From a virus, in the IMG/VR virus record IMGVR_UViG_3300033153_009093, positions 96,001 to 160,000 of that record: a stretch of 64,000 bases of DNA. The stretch is one strand, 5' to 3'. Each line of letters opens with the position of its first letter. Position 1 is the first letter of the stretch. The notes under the pieces were generated by a model, which had not been told where the DNA came from, ran no database searches, and saw only the letters and a list, made by a program, of their open reading frames with translations. The position numbers and the translations under genes were made by a program. Shown in pieces: positions 22,840 to 33,651 of the stretch.

Positions 22840-23939
22840 ATTAAATATTTTTTAACAACGGATATTACATTTTCTACATCTATAGTAGACGTATTTCTAT
22901 TTTCAAACATGACCATTAATAATGTCATTAATACTTCCATCTTTTCGCTATTATTTGTATCAATAAATTCATCTAACGTTATATCAAATTTTTCACATAT
23001 ATCATCAATTGATAAAGTTGAATCCATATCATTATTATTTTTTGCCAATTTTAATAATGAATTCAGTTCATATTCTATTTGTATTTCGCCTATAGAATAA
23101 TCTTTATATAGCTCTTCTTTAAAAGTATTATCTATAACTACTGAAGGATCATGAATAATAAATTTTACATATGAATGGTTATTAATATTCAATTTTGCAA
23201 TATTATGATAGACATCACTATCTTTCCAAATATGAAAAGTATAATACTTTATAGAGTACTTATTTTGTAATATTTTAATATTATTCTTTTCTATTAATAA
23301 AAAATTATTGTTATCATAAGAATCATTATAATTCGAATTTATAGCACTGCCTATATTTAATATATTAAAATTATTCCTATTTTTAAAAAAAGGAACATGA
23401 TTATGTCCATTTATTAAATAGACAATTTTATCAACCTTTTCAAATATAGGAATTATATTAAAAAAAGTTGATCGGAATTTATATATTTCAGAAAAATCAT
23501 TATGAGAATACAAATAATAATTCTTATATGATGTATCATTTATATATTCTTTAACATTATTAAATAAGATAGAATAATCTATACTGTTAAAAATATAAGG
23601 AATATAGATATTATTATTTTCAAAAGTTAATTCATTATATATTTTTATGTTATCATTTAATAATAATAATTCATAAATACTTTCTGTTTTAGTTATTAAA
23701 TCATGATTACCAACTAAGATATTAATATCTTTAATATCTTTGTATATCAATATCAACTCTTTAAATAATTTTAAAGAGGCATTATCTATTGTAGACGATG
23801 TAAAAATATCCCCTAAAAAAACAACTGAATCAATATCATATAACCGATTCATTTGTTTAAGAAAAGGATATAGTAATTTTGAATAAAAACTAACATTATT
23901 TTTATTTAAATGAACATCGCCTATAATTAATTTACTCAT
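22836..23939 (-). CDS. SbcD/Mre11/T4 gp47-like nuclease
   Basis: IGDVH, LGDIF, VGNHD, NGHNH phosphoesterase motifs. Confidence 0.8.
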   Translation of the reverse strand: MSKLIIGDVHLNKNNVSFYSKLLYPFLKQMNRLYDIDSVVFLGDIFTSSTIDNASLKLFKELILIYKDIKDINILVGNHDLITKTESIYELLLLNDNIKIYNELTFENNNIYIPYIFNSIDYSILFNNVKEYINDTSYKNYYLYSHNDFSEIYKFRSTFFNIIPIFEKVDKIVYLINGHNHVPFFKNRNNFNILNIGSAINSNYNDSYDNNNFLLIEKNNIKILQNKYSIKYYTFHIWKDSDVYHNIAKLNINNHSYVKFIIHDPSVVIDNTFKEELYKDYSIGEIQIEYELNSLLKLAKNNNDMDSTLSIDDICEKFDITLDEFIDTNNSEKMEVLMTLLMVMFENRNTSTIDVENVISVVKKYLI

Positions 23940-23956
23940 ATTTTTAATATTTTATT

Positions 23957-24268
23957 TTATATTATAATTTCTACTAATGTAGCAATATTCATACCATCAA
24001 TCTTAATATGATACAGCGGTTTATACTTTTTGTCAACTATGAATATGTTTTTAATTCCTAATAGTATGTAATTAAAAAAATTAAATAATTGTTGTTTATT
24101 GATCATTCTATTATTGATAAACTTATTATATTCCACTTGTTTCCATTCTGTTAATATATGCTCTAAAAAAATATAAATATCATCAATATTTGACATATCG
24201 TTATAAATATTAATAATTATATAAATATCATTATCATATAAACTTATAGTGTTATCAGAAACATTCAT
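23957..24268 (-). CDS. Hypothetical protein
   Basis: Track ORF. Confidence 0.5.
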   Translation of the reverse strand: MNVSDNTISLYDNDIYIIINIYNDMSNIDDIYIFLEHILTEWKQVEYNKFINNRMINKQQLFNFFNYILLGIKNIFIVDKKYKPLYHIKIDGMNIATLVEIII

Positions 24269-24276
24269 TTATATCT

Positions 24277-25410
24277 TTACCTTTTTTTAGCACCTTCATC
24301 TATCTTATCGATAATAGTTTCTATATCTTGTGATTCTGATGCATTTTCTGAAATTTTCATTGCGGTTGAAATTGATGTAAACCTATCTAATTGAATCTTA
24401 TCATTTTCAAAATAATAATTAAAAATTCTTTCTTTTGATTCTTCTACAAATTTTTTATCATCATCGGGGTAAAACTCATTGAAGATGCTATTAATAGCAT
24501 ACTTCCATTTATTGACACATTTATCGGTTAATAAATATTGATAAAAATCTTTTAATCGATGTTTATTATCTTTATCATCTGCAAAGAAATACCAACCTGA
24601 CCTTGATCCTATATCCTTTTTTGATTTCAAATAATTAATAAGTGTCAACGGGGAGTCGTATCCTGAAGTATTTGTAACTTCGAATTCTATTTTTCTATGC
24701 GGTGATATTATTTTACTTTTTTTAGTTTGTATAGTTGACACAAATCCAAATTCAGGATTAATCAATTTTGACTTCTTTCTTGTTGCATATAATGTCAAAA
24801 ATGATTTATGTTTTACAGCATTACAAGAAGGTGGTTCAACGGGCATATATTGACCTTGCATACTTTCCCTATGCTGATTCAAAGCAAACATAGTTAAATT
24901 ATTATCATAAAATTTTGTAATTCTAAATAATTTAGTAAATGCTCTTGCTTGCATCCCTATCTTTTCATATCCATCCAACTCTTCATTGGCGGGAGTTTGT
25001 TGTAATGTATCCCATATAATAAATAAATCTACTCCGGGATTATTTTCTTTAACCTCGAAAATAATTTGTCCCGCTCTTTCAATTGATTCGGGATTAAGAA
25101 TTATAACATTATCTAGGTTTTCTATTCCTAATGATTTTAATCTCATACCTGTTACTGATTCTTCTGTATCAAAATACAAAGCGATATATTCTTTTGATTG
25201 TTTTATATATGATGATAATATTTGTATTGCCAATGTCGATTTTCCAACTGATGAAGTTGCCCAAATATATTCCAATTGATATTTTGGCATACCACCTGAA
25301 CCAATAAAAGCATCAAATATAGGATTTCCTGTTAAAAAGAAATCATAATTATCATCTATTTTTATAATGTCCTTTTTTAATGTTTTGCGCAAAGCATCTA
25401 AATTTACCAT
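24277..25410 (-). CDS. recA: RecA/UvsX-like recombinase
   Basis: TSSVGKST Walker A, YFDTEES, IIWDTL, NQHRE, SGWY motifs. Confidence 0.8.
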   Translation of the reverse strand: MVNLDALRKTLKKDIIKIDDNYDFFLTGNPIFDAFIGSGGMPKYQLEYIWATSSVGKSTLAIQILSSYIKQSKEYIALYFDTEESVTGMRLKSLGIENLDNVIILNPESIERAGQIIFEVKENNPGVDLFIIWDTLQQTPANEELDGYEKIGMQARAFTKLFRITKFYDNNLTMFALNQHRESMQGQYMPVEPPSCNAVKHKSFLTLYATRKKSKLINPEFGFVSTIQTKKSKIISPHRKIEFEVTNTSGYDSPLTLINYLKSKKDIGSRSGWYFFADDKDNKHRLKDFYQYLLTDKCVNKWKYAINSIFNEFYPDDDKKFVEESKERIFNYYFENDKIQLDRFTSISTAMKISENASESQDIETIIDKIDEGAKKR

Positions 25411-25432
25411 TTCATATCCTTTTTATTTAATA

Positions 25433-25954
25433 TTATAGCGTATCAGGAGAAAGCATATTATCAATATCATCAATATCCTCACCTGATGATAAGTCCATTT
25501 TTATTCTATCATTATCTAATTTTTGTAATTTTAATAAATTATTGGTTATATCATTTAAAATTGTTCTTCGGTCTGATATAACTTGTCTAATTAAATCTAA
25601 CATCTTTACAATATTTTCTTCATTAGTCATTTCATTATGACTATCAATATATTTTTTAAATAATAGTTTTTGATACTTATATTCCTTAATAGCCAATTTA
25701 AGCATTAGAATTATTGATCTGAATGTTATATTTTTAGACATTGAATCAGTGAGACTTGTTATATTATCTATATCAGAAATTACATCATCTGCATAAATAT
25801 TTAATTCATCATTCTCTTTTAATAAATCAAAAAAGAGTTTAACGCTAGATGTATTATTATAACTGTTACTGTTAACATTTTGTTCGGGCCTTAAATTTTG
25901 AATATTATTTTTTATATTTTCAAAATTCGTTAGTGGTATATTTTTTTGTTCCAT
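25433..25954 (-). CDS. Hypothetical helical protein
   Basis: 173-aa track ORF. Confidence 0.55.
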   Translation of the reverse strand: MEQKNIPLTNFENIKNNIQNLRPEQNVNSNSYNNTSSVKLFFDLLKENDELNIYADDVISDIDNITSLTDSMSKNITFRSIILMLKLAIKEYKYQKLLFKKYIDSHNEMTNEENIVKMLDLIRQVISDRRTILNDITNNLLKLQKLDNDRIKMDLSSGEDIDDIDNMLSPDTL

Positions 25955-26023
25955 GTTTATTTACCTATAATAAAATTATATATAATTAATTTCATAATCT
26001 AATACATAAAAAGGATTATTATA

Positions 26024-26518
26024 ATGCTTCGGATACCTAATATATTTATAGAAAATATTACCCATATATCAGCTAAACCTTTCTTTGATATAAAATTTGA
26101 TTCCATAAAAGGAGTTAATATAAATAATGATTTTTTAGACATCATTTTTTACAGGTCATTAATAGGAAAAGTATCTTCTAAAAAAAATGGAATCAAAATA
26201 AGATACTTTGATGAAAATAATAATATATTACATAATTCTAATATTTCAAAATTTAAAAAAACTATTTATGAAAACAAAAAAATAGTATCAAATAAAAATA
26301 GTATCAAAATTAAAAAAAGTAATAATTGTAAATACCTAACTCGATTAGAAATTATTTTTACATATAATAGTATAGACACTATTATATTTGATACTAAAAT
26401 TCCACAGAATACAATATTTTCTGAAAACACTAATGGAACTATTAAAAGTGGCATAGCTATTCCTTTAAATGAAACTAATATTGAATTGTATAATAAATTT
26501 CAAATAATATATAAATAA
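26024..26518 (+). CDS. Hypothetical protein, first gene of a plus-strand island with the tnpB-like gene
   Basis: Track ORF with an AGGA SD-like motif upstream; next ATG is 1 nt after its TAA. Confidence 0.6.
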   Translation: MLRIPNIFIENITHISAKPFFDIKFDSIKGVNINNDFLDIIFYRSLIGKVSSKKNGIKIRYFDENNNILHNSNISKFKKTIYENKKIVSNKNSIKIKKSNNCKYLTRLEIIFTYNSIDTIIFDTKIPQNTIFSENTNGTIKSGIAIPLNETNIELYNKFQIIYK

Positions 26519-26519
26519 T

Positions 26520-27851
26520 ATGAAAAAGTGTATAAAAAATTATTCTATAAACATATCATCATCTAATTATAATAAATTAACCAATTATTTATTATACTAT
26601 AATAAGTGTAAAAATTTATTTTATAATAAATATTAGAATGATATCGGTACAATATATTTACCATATAAATATGAACTACGAGATACATTAGTTTCAAATA
26701 TAAAAAATAATGATTTGAATATTAATGAATTGGATTTATTAAAAAGCGTTCCCGCTAAATTATAGAAAAACGCATTAACTGAATCTATAACTAATTTAAA
26801 ATCTAATTAGTCTAATACAAAAAATAGAATTAGACAAAAAATAAAAAAGAACAAAAATTTTTCTGAAAAAGATACTCATTATTTATATTATGTACTTAAA
26901 TCAAATAACATATTACATAATATAAATAATGGAGATTTGAATATAACCTTAGAAAAATTTGATGTAAATTATAAAAAACTTAATTCATATTTATATCGAC
27001 AAATAAAAAAAGAAAAAAGAAAACCTTATTCTAAAAGTAATAGTTATATTATAGATAGTAGCTCGCAAATATTATACAAACAAATAGATAATAATTTAAT
27101 TTGTTTCCTATCAACATTAAAAAAACGAGAAAGGATTTTAATCCGTTTATCAAATAGTATAAAATATAAAGGCGATATTCGTATAGTATTAAAAAATAAT
27201 AAAATGGAACTACATAAAGTTATTAATATTAAACCTCAATTAAATAACAACAATTCTATTACTGGAATTTATATTGATTTTAATAATTTATTCACAACCC
27301 AAAATAATATTTATGGTAAAAATTTCGATAAACTATTAAAAAAATTTGCACATATTATTCACTGTAAATCAAATAAAAGGGAAATCCTTAAATCAATGAA
27401 TAATATACTAATACAAAAAAATAACTTAGGTACAAAAAAATAGCACAGTAAAAAAAGAAAATTTATTAATGAATTAAATTCCTTTATAAATTTGAATTTG
27501 AATTTATTAATTAAAGAAGAGCGGCCTAAAACTATTATTATAAAAAAAATAAATAAATATTTATTATATAATAATAGAGATAATTTATTTAATATTCCAA
27601 ACCATCATTTATAGATCTTAAATAATTATATAATAAATTACATTTATAAACGATTAGAATACAAAACACAATTAAATCAAATTAATATAATATTAGATAG
27701 TTCAAATTATACAATCAAAGTATGTAATAATTGTAAAAGTAGAAATACTATTATTACAAAAGGGTACTTTAAATGTAATAATTGCATGGTTAGTATAACT
27801 AAAACATCTAATACAATAAACAATATGATTGAGCATCACGGTGTTAATTAA
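26520..27851 (+). CDS. tnpB: TnpB-like (IS200/IS605 OrfB) protein with all three RuvC acidic residues apparently lost (443 aa); 5 in-frame TAG
   Basis: PAKL*KNALTESITNLKSN*SN, GDIRIVL, GIYIDFNNLF, NNLGTKK*, KRLEYK, CNNC..CNNC zinc finger. TAG at 26634, 26763, 26808, 27441 and 27612. Confidence 0.75.
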
Positions 27852-27961
27852 TGTTGTTTACCTAACTGGTTTTTGGAAAATGTATATTTATATACATTAC
27901 TGGTTTAACCTAACTTCACGGAAAGAGAAATTTAAATTCAGTTAATAGTAAATTCCCTTAT

Positions 27962-27992
27962 ACCGGAGAAGATTTTCTTCTCCGGTTTTTTT
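27962..27992 (+). terminator. Rho-independent terminator ending the tnpB-like transcript
   Basis: 11-bp stem ACCGGAGAAGA/TCTTCTCCGGT, TTT loop, followed by a T run. Confidence 0.85.
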
Positions 27993-28443
27993 ATAGATAC
28001 TTTTCAATTTTTTTATTAGTACTTTCATGTAAAATCATATCACTTTTATTTTTATTAAAATATGATTTTGGTGTGCCTTCAAATTTTCTCGACATTCCCC
28101 TCTAATCGGCAATCATTTGAAGTATGTATTTTTTTGGCATTTCAATAGGAATTATTTCATTTTTCCTTGTTACAGATACCTAGTAATTCTAATGATGTTT
28201 ATTTCTTTTTTGATGTTTATTCTACCCTTGTTGAAATAATTTATCGTTTCCATCAGATTTACAATAATTATTTAAGCTATCTTTCTTTTCAAAAAAGATA
28301 GCAGATGGTATAAATTCGGATGGTAAAAATTTTGATAAGTCATGAGTAATTGCATGATAATATAGTCCCATGTTGATACATTCTATTCCTACATTCTTTT
28401 TATGCTCAATAATATATTTAAAATATTTCTAATATTTATTCAT
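27991..28443 (-). CDS. DUF5662-like HD-related phage protein (150 aa) missed by the ORF track; 5 in-frame TAG, all at conserved Trp positions
   Basis: MNKY*KYF..HK..HDLSKF.PSEF..QG*NKHQKRNKHH*NY*V..EMP.KY..QMIAD*RG. TAG at 28429, 28222, 28189, 28180 and 28102. Confidence 0.85.
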
Positions 28444-28453
28444 TTTTTAACCT

Positions 28454-29458
28454 TTAATTAAATAATTTATTATTTAACTTAATAATTTTTGATTTCATAT
28501 TAGCAATAGAAAAGTTTATACTTTTACTTATATCTTTTTCAACGAATATATAATAATACATTACCATTGACATAAATATATCTCCGCATCCTGAAGTAGT
28601 ATTTATATTATTTATAATAGTATGACTTATATCTATTTTAAATTCTTTTATTTCTTTTTCATTACTATTATCAAAATAAATAATATCTTTAATGCCTCTA
28701 GTTATAATAAGGTACTTATAATCATACGCATATATTAAATCTTTTACCGGTTCATATTCTTTTTCATTTAGTTGTATTATAGTTTCGGTATTATATACGC
28801 TCTTTAATTTAGAAATCAATTCTTTAAAATATAATATCTTATGAGGTTTTGTATTTAAAAATAATGTATCTATTTTCCATTCATTATAAATAATATCATT
28901 TAATAAATTTTTTATAGATTCTTCAGTAAAGTACCCCTTATCATAATCTATAAGTATTAAAGAATTATTTTTTTCTTTAAACGCATAATTACAATTGATA
29001 TGTTTCATTTTTATATCATTATCAATATCAAACCGATAAAAAATTTTGTTTTGTTTTTTTGAATAGAATCTAAATTTTACTGTCGGTTTAATAGTATCAT
29101 TAAGATAATATATCGGCCTCATTTTAATTATATCAAAATGGCGATAGTTCTTATTGCTTAGATATTTTATACTTCTATCAAATATCTCTTGTAAATTAAA
29201 TCCATGCAATTTATCGTCATAGTTCACGTAATTAAAATTTGGTAATAAGTATTTAACATTATAGTCAAAATTTAAATCGTTGTTGATAATATCTAATAAA
29301 TTTTCTAATATAAATCCACAACCACCGGGGTATACCGATAATGAATTATAATAACCTTTATATGATTCACTATTTACAATTTCTTGATTTTGTGATATAT
29401 TTACATTATCAATATAAACATCTGCAATATAGTCACCTAAAATTACACTATTATTCAT
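28454..29458 (-). CDS. rfaE: RfaE/HldE-type heptose-7-phosphate kinase domain (PfkB family)
   Basis: VILGDYIADVY, PGGCG, IDYDKGYFT, TSGCGDIF. Confidence 0.7.
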   Translation of the reverse strand: MNNSVILGDYIADVYIDNVNISQNQEIVNSESYKGYYNSLSVYPGGCGFILENLLDIINNDLNFDYNVKYLLPNFNYVNYDDKLHGFNLQEIFDRSIKYLSNKNYRHFDIIKMRPIYYLNDTIKPTVKFRFYSKKQNKIFYRFDIDNDIKMKHINCNYAFKEKNNSLILIDYDKGYFTEESIKNLLNDIIYNEWKIDTLFLNTKPHKILYFKELISKLKSVYNTETIIQLNEKEYEPVKDLIYAYDYKYLIITRGIKDIIYFDNSNEKEIKEFKIDISHTIINNINTTSGCGDIFMSMVMYYYIFVEKDISKSINFSIANMKSKIIKLNNKLFN

Positions 29459-29657
29459 TTAATTCTCTTTCTTCTTTTAATAAATTATCATGTCGCTGAG
29501 AAATATTCTTTTCACATTCTTTAAAATTGGTGATTAATAGTTTCAATATTTCTTTTTTTTTATTTACATTATCTATTACATCATATTCTTGTATTAACTT
29601 AATAATGACATCAATGTCTATCATAATATATTTATATCATTTTTTATCTTAATAAAT

Positions 29658-29688
29658 AAAAAAGGCTGCGCTAAAAGCACAACCTTTT
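29658..29688 (-). terminator. Rho-independent terminator after the Hc1-like gene
   Basis: Minus strand AGGTTGTGC-TTTTA-GCGCAGCCT followed by a T run. Confidence 0.65.
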
Positions 29689-29715
29689 CATCTTTAATTA
29701 TTTTTCTGTCTTAGT

Positions 29716-29910
29716 TCAGAATGTTTTACAATCAGCAACTGATTGACTTCTAAAATCTTTAAACAACTTTGCCAATTCTAAAGTTTGTTTTCTAGCTCGC
29801 TTCGCTGCCACCTTTTTCTTTTTTATCGCATAATCGTCCAGTTCAGCAACTAATTCTTCAATAAGACCTTTAATACCACTTACGATTTCGACAGATTTTA
29901 ATTCTTCCAT
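29716..29910 (-). CDS. Histone H1-like (Hc1 family) small basic protein
   Basis: KKKKVAAKRARKQTLELAKLFKDFRSQSV matches the 'AG.RARK..LEL..L.KEFR..S' pattern. Confidence 0.65.
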   Translation of the reverse strand: MEELKSVEIVSGIKGLIEELVAELDDYAIKKKKVAAKRARKQTLELAKLFKDFRSQSVADCKTF

Positions 29911-29947
29911 AAATATATCACCTTCCTTTCTATTTTAATAAGTTAAT

Positions 29948-32413
29948 TTAATCACATCTTGAATATCCACAGGATATACATTTTATACAGCCGCCTTCAT
30001 CTAATAATATTTCCTTACAATTGGGACAGTTATTACTATTATTAGAATATACATTTTCATTTATATATACCTTTAATACCCTTGAAACTACAGCTACAAA
30101 ATCACTAACAAAATTACTAGATTTTTTAAGTTGTTTTATAATGAATTCATGATATACTCCATGTCTCAATGATAATGAAATCATCCTTGTTAATGCTTTA
30201 TATTCATCATTCATGAATAATTCAGTTATTTCATTATATTCAATATATGAGTTTCTAAATGGAATTTTTAAAGTATAATTCCCATGATTTTTTATTATTA
30301 TTCCTTTTTTAACATTTTGCGAAATATTAAAAAATTCATTTTTCTTCCCGGCAAATATTTCATATGGAGCATCGTTTAATATTCCTATAAGAACTATCCA
30401 CTTTTCTCCAGCCACTGAACAGTGATGTATTTTACAACTTAATTCCTTTGGCCTCTTCGGTGCGCATTGATAAGTGATACTATCAGGTCTATATAATTTA
30501 TCAATGCAACTTTTTACTTTTTTCTTATCATATTTTAATTTATGCTCTATTGGATTTTCAAAAATCAAGATACCTTCTCTTGAACCTTCACGATACACTG
30601 ACAACGCTTTTAAGCCTTTATTAAAGGCATCGGAGTATATATCCCCTATTTTTTGAAAATCAAAATCAAAGGGCAAATTATACGTTACAGAGATGGCGGC
30701 ATCAACCCATCTTTGAACCTTGCTCATTAATTCTACCTTTTTAAAGGGGTCAATTTCATGAGCAGGTGATAATAAATCAGTATCGATATATTTATTTACA
30801 ATATTAATTATTTTTTCACCAATTTTACCATCTGTATCTAACTCTGATCCGCTAAAATTATTAATTAAATTATAATCAAATACATCACATTTCCCTATTT
30901 CTTTCATTTTGCTTAATACTATTTTTTTAATAACACTTGGTAAAACAAAATAGTAATCATATTCATTTTTAGAAACTGCTCTTGTTTTTCTCCAATAAGC
31001 AAACCCTATAGTTGGTTCTATGCCAGATGATAGGCAATCATTCGGAAATGTCATTGAAATTGAACCAGTGGGGGCTACTGATAATAAAGCTCCATTTCTA
31101 ATTCCAGTATTGTAAAATAAATCTTTTAAATCACTAAACTCGTTAAATAAATTTTTTAAAAATTTAGTTTCTTTTAATGTTCCTGTTTCTTTTCCACGTA
31201 TCCAAGCAGAACATGGCCCTCTTTCGATGGCTAATTCGCAAGAAGCTTTAAATGCATAATATTGATAATATTTAAAAAATAAATCAACTGCCATAATAGC
31301 TTCATCTGAATCATATTTAATATTATTATTATAAAACCACATATGAAGGTTTGTTACACCTAATCCAATTTCTCTTAAATCTTTAACAATTTTTAATTGT
31401 TCTGGTAATGGAGATTTATAATCATTGTCAATTTCAAATTGAATTACATTATCCATAAACCTAACCAATGAATAAGTTTTCTCTTTCATAAAATCATGAA
31501 AATTATTAGTATCAATAAAAGGCACTTCTTCCATATTTAAAGATGCCAATGCACATACTCCATAATTAGGTAAAGGTTTTTCAGAACAAGCATTTGTTCC
31601 TATAATTTCATAACCTAACGCTTCTTGAATAGAGCCGTCTTTCATCCTATCAATGAATTGTATACCCGGTTCAGCATGATCATACGATTGCTTACATAAT
31701 AAATTAAATATATAAGATGCATCTACAAATTTTGAAATCTTATGATCTTTTAAATCGAAATATAATTCCCATTTTTCATTATTATGAACTGCCTTCATAA
31801 AATTATCTGATATTTGCACAGATATATTCATATTTTTTAAAGTATCTAAATCACTTTTAGCTGTAATAAAATCAATTACATCAGGATGAGAATCTTTAAT
31901 AGCACTAAGAATGGCCGGTCTTCTACCTTTCTGACCGACCTCATCCGCAATAGAATCAAAAGATTTCATCCAATTAATAACACCTTCTGATACTTCAGAA
32001 CTATTATTAACCGCAGTTCCTTTAGGTCTTAATTTTGAAAATTCTATACCAAGGCCTTGTCTATATGCCGCCATTTTAGCACATTCATATCTAGCTTTAT
32101 AAATAGCTTCTAAAGTATCATCACCTATAACTACACTAGTACAATTAAATAAACTGATTTTTTTAGATTTATTATTAATACCGGATATAATAGAACCACC
32201 GGGCCGCCAAATGCCTTTTAATAAATCCTCTTTCCAGTTATTTTTCCATGAAGTTTCTTCAGTTTCAATTGAAACTGAAGAAACTTCAGTCGCAATATTA
32301 TCAAAACATTGTCTAACTGTTTGGGTTTTATTTTTTAAATACTTAGATTTAAAAATATCTATTCTCATTTGATCATTATTAAAATAATCATTTATAGCTG
32401 TATTATCTTTCAT
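29948..32413 (-). CDS. nrdJ: Class II (adenosylcobalamin-dependent) ribonucleotide reductase
   Basis: PGGS, LFNC, TNACSEK, GLGV, RNGALLSVAPTGSIS, YREGSREG, C-terminal KRPKEL...CPNC..GGC.KC..CGYSRC. Confidence 0.9.
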   Translation of the reverse strand: MKDNTAINDYFNNDQMRIDIFKSKYLKNKTQTVRQCFDNIATEVSSVSIETEETSWKNNWKEDLLKGIWRPGGSIISGINNKSKKISLFNCTSVVIGDDTLEAIYKARYECAKMAAYRQGLGIEFSKLRPKGTAVNNSSEVSEGVINWMKSFDSIADEVGQKGRRPAILSAIKDSHPDVIDFITAKSDLDTLKNMNISVQISDNFMKAVHNNEKWELYFDLKDHKISKFVDASYIFNLLCKQSYDHAEPGIQFIDRMKDGSIQEALGYEIIGTNACSEKPLPNYGVCALASLNMEEVPFIDTNNFHDFMKEKTYSLVRFMDNVIQFEIDNDYKSPLPEQLKIVKDLREIGLGVTNLHMWFYNNNIKYDSDEAIMAVDLFFKYYQYYAFKASCELAIERGPCSAWIRGKETGTLKETKFLKNLFNEFSDLKDLFYNTGIRNGALLSVAPTGSISMTFPNDCLSSGIEPTIGFAYWRKTRAVSKNEYDYYFVLPSVIKKIVLSKMKEIGKCDVFDYNLINNFSGSELDTDGKIGEKIINIVNKYIDTDLLSPAHEIDPFKKVELMSKVQRWVDAAISVTYNLPFDFDFQKIGDIYSDAFNKGLKALSVYREGSREGILIFENPIEHKLKYDKKKVKSCIDKLYRPDSITYQCAPKRPKELSCKIHHCSVAGEKWIVLIGILNDAPYEIFAGKKNEFFNISQNVKKGIIIKNHGNYTLKIPFRNSYIEYNEITELFMNDEYKALTRMISLSLRHGVYHEFIIKQLKKSSNFVSDFVAVVSRVLKVYINENVYSNNSNNCPNCKEILLDEGGCIKCISCGYSRCD

Positions 32414-32416
32414 AAA

Positions 32417-33028
32417 TTAAATACCAAAAAATTTATCAACATCTTCATATAACTGCAATAACCCATTATTCTTATTAATAAATTTATATTTAAATCTTAT
32501 TTTATCCAATTCAATTTCTGATACATGTTCGTCCCATTTTTTTGTTGTAGGATTTTCTATCTTGGCGCATGTAGATTCTTTTTGATTATTAACGTAAGTA
32601 AATTCATTAATAAATCTTATATCATCTACTATATAAGATTTGTCTAAATGATAAGCGTTTCTAAAACAAGTAACCCAATGATAAGAGTTTCTAACTCTAA
32701 AAATATCTGTTCCTATATATTGTAATAAATATCTATAAATATCGCAAATTTTACAATATTCTATAGCTTTAATGCTGTCTATATTTTCAATTGTTAATTT
32801 ATCATACTTAAATTTTTTTAATTCCCTTTTTAAAGGGTCAAGATTTAATACCTTCCCAGTATAAAAATTGTTATTAGTTTTATCAATATCGGTTAATCCT
32901 GAGATATTATATACTAGCCTTTTCAATGGTGTAGCAAAAGAATAAATTGGTATATTTAATCGTCTTGATAAATATTTTGATATCTCAGTTTTTCCTGATC
33001 TCTTTTTTCCCGCTAATCCTATAATCAT
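32417..33028 (-). CDS. Deoxynucleoside monophosphate kinase
   Basis: IIGLAGKKRSGK, FATPLK, RYLLQYIGTD, IVDDIRFINE, HVSE. Confidence 0.85.
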   Translation of the reverse strand: MIIGLAGKKRSGKTEISKYLSRRLNIPIYSFATPLKRLVYNISGLTDIDKTNNNFYTGKVLNLDPLKRELKKFKYDKLTIENIDSIKAIEYCKICDIYRYLLQYIGTDIFRVRNSYHWVTCFRNAYHLDKSYIVDDIRFINEFTYVNNQKESTCAKIENPTTKKWDEHVSEIELDKIRFKYKFINKNNGLLQLYEDVDKFFGI

Positions 33029-33072
33029 ACTTTATCCTATAATTATATTTAATTTTTCTTTTTTCAATAATA

Positions 33073-33543
33073 TTATTTTAAACCAGTACTGCCTATACCA
33101 CCACCTCTATCGTTTCCTAATTCTTTTAATTGTTTAACAGAATGAGCAACAATATATTTAACTGGTATTACTCTGTCAATAATTGCTTGTGCTACTCTAT
33201 CGCCCTTTTTAAAACTAACAACTTCACCGCCAAGATTATACCACATGACAAAGATTTCTCGACCCCTATAATCGGAGTCAATTATACCTGTTGTATTTTT
33301 AAAAATTAGCTCAGTTTTAGCCGAAAGGCCTGATCTAGGATATATCTTCATACAATAACCATCAGGTATTGATATAAATAATCCCGTTTTAATCATTTTA
33401 TTTTCAAATGGAGTTATTGTAAAATCTTCCGAACACCTAATATCTACAGCGGCAGAATTAATAGTTGCGTAATTCATGTCTTGTATATCATCGCCATTGT
33501 CATTTTTTTCTGACCAAAAATGTACTTCTACAGTTTCTTGCAT
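33073..33543 (-). CDS. dut: Trimeric dUTPase
   Basis: AAVDI, PRSGL, GIIDSDYRG, RVAQ, RGGGIGSTG. Confidence 0.92.
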   Translation of the reverse strand: MQETVEVHFWSEKNDNGDDIQDMNYATINSAAVDIRCSEDFTITPFENKMIKTGLFISIPDGYCMKIYPRSGLSAKTELIFKNTTGIIDSDYRGREIFVMWYNLGGEVVSFKKGDRVAQAIIDRVIPVKYIVAHSVKQLKELGNDRGGGIGSTGLK

Positions 33544-33651
33544 AATATTTTTTTGTTAATATTTATAGTAAATTTCTAATAATATATTGGTAAGTGTCCC
33601 AATCAATAATATTATTTAAAGTTAATTTAATTAGTATTTTTTCTGACACCT

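Noticed and set aside
29455-29475. Target of the putative TnpB guide upstream of the heptose kinase (GAAAGAGAA)
   Set aside because: Only a 9-nt purine-rich match with a mismatch at position 1; expected by chance in this composition
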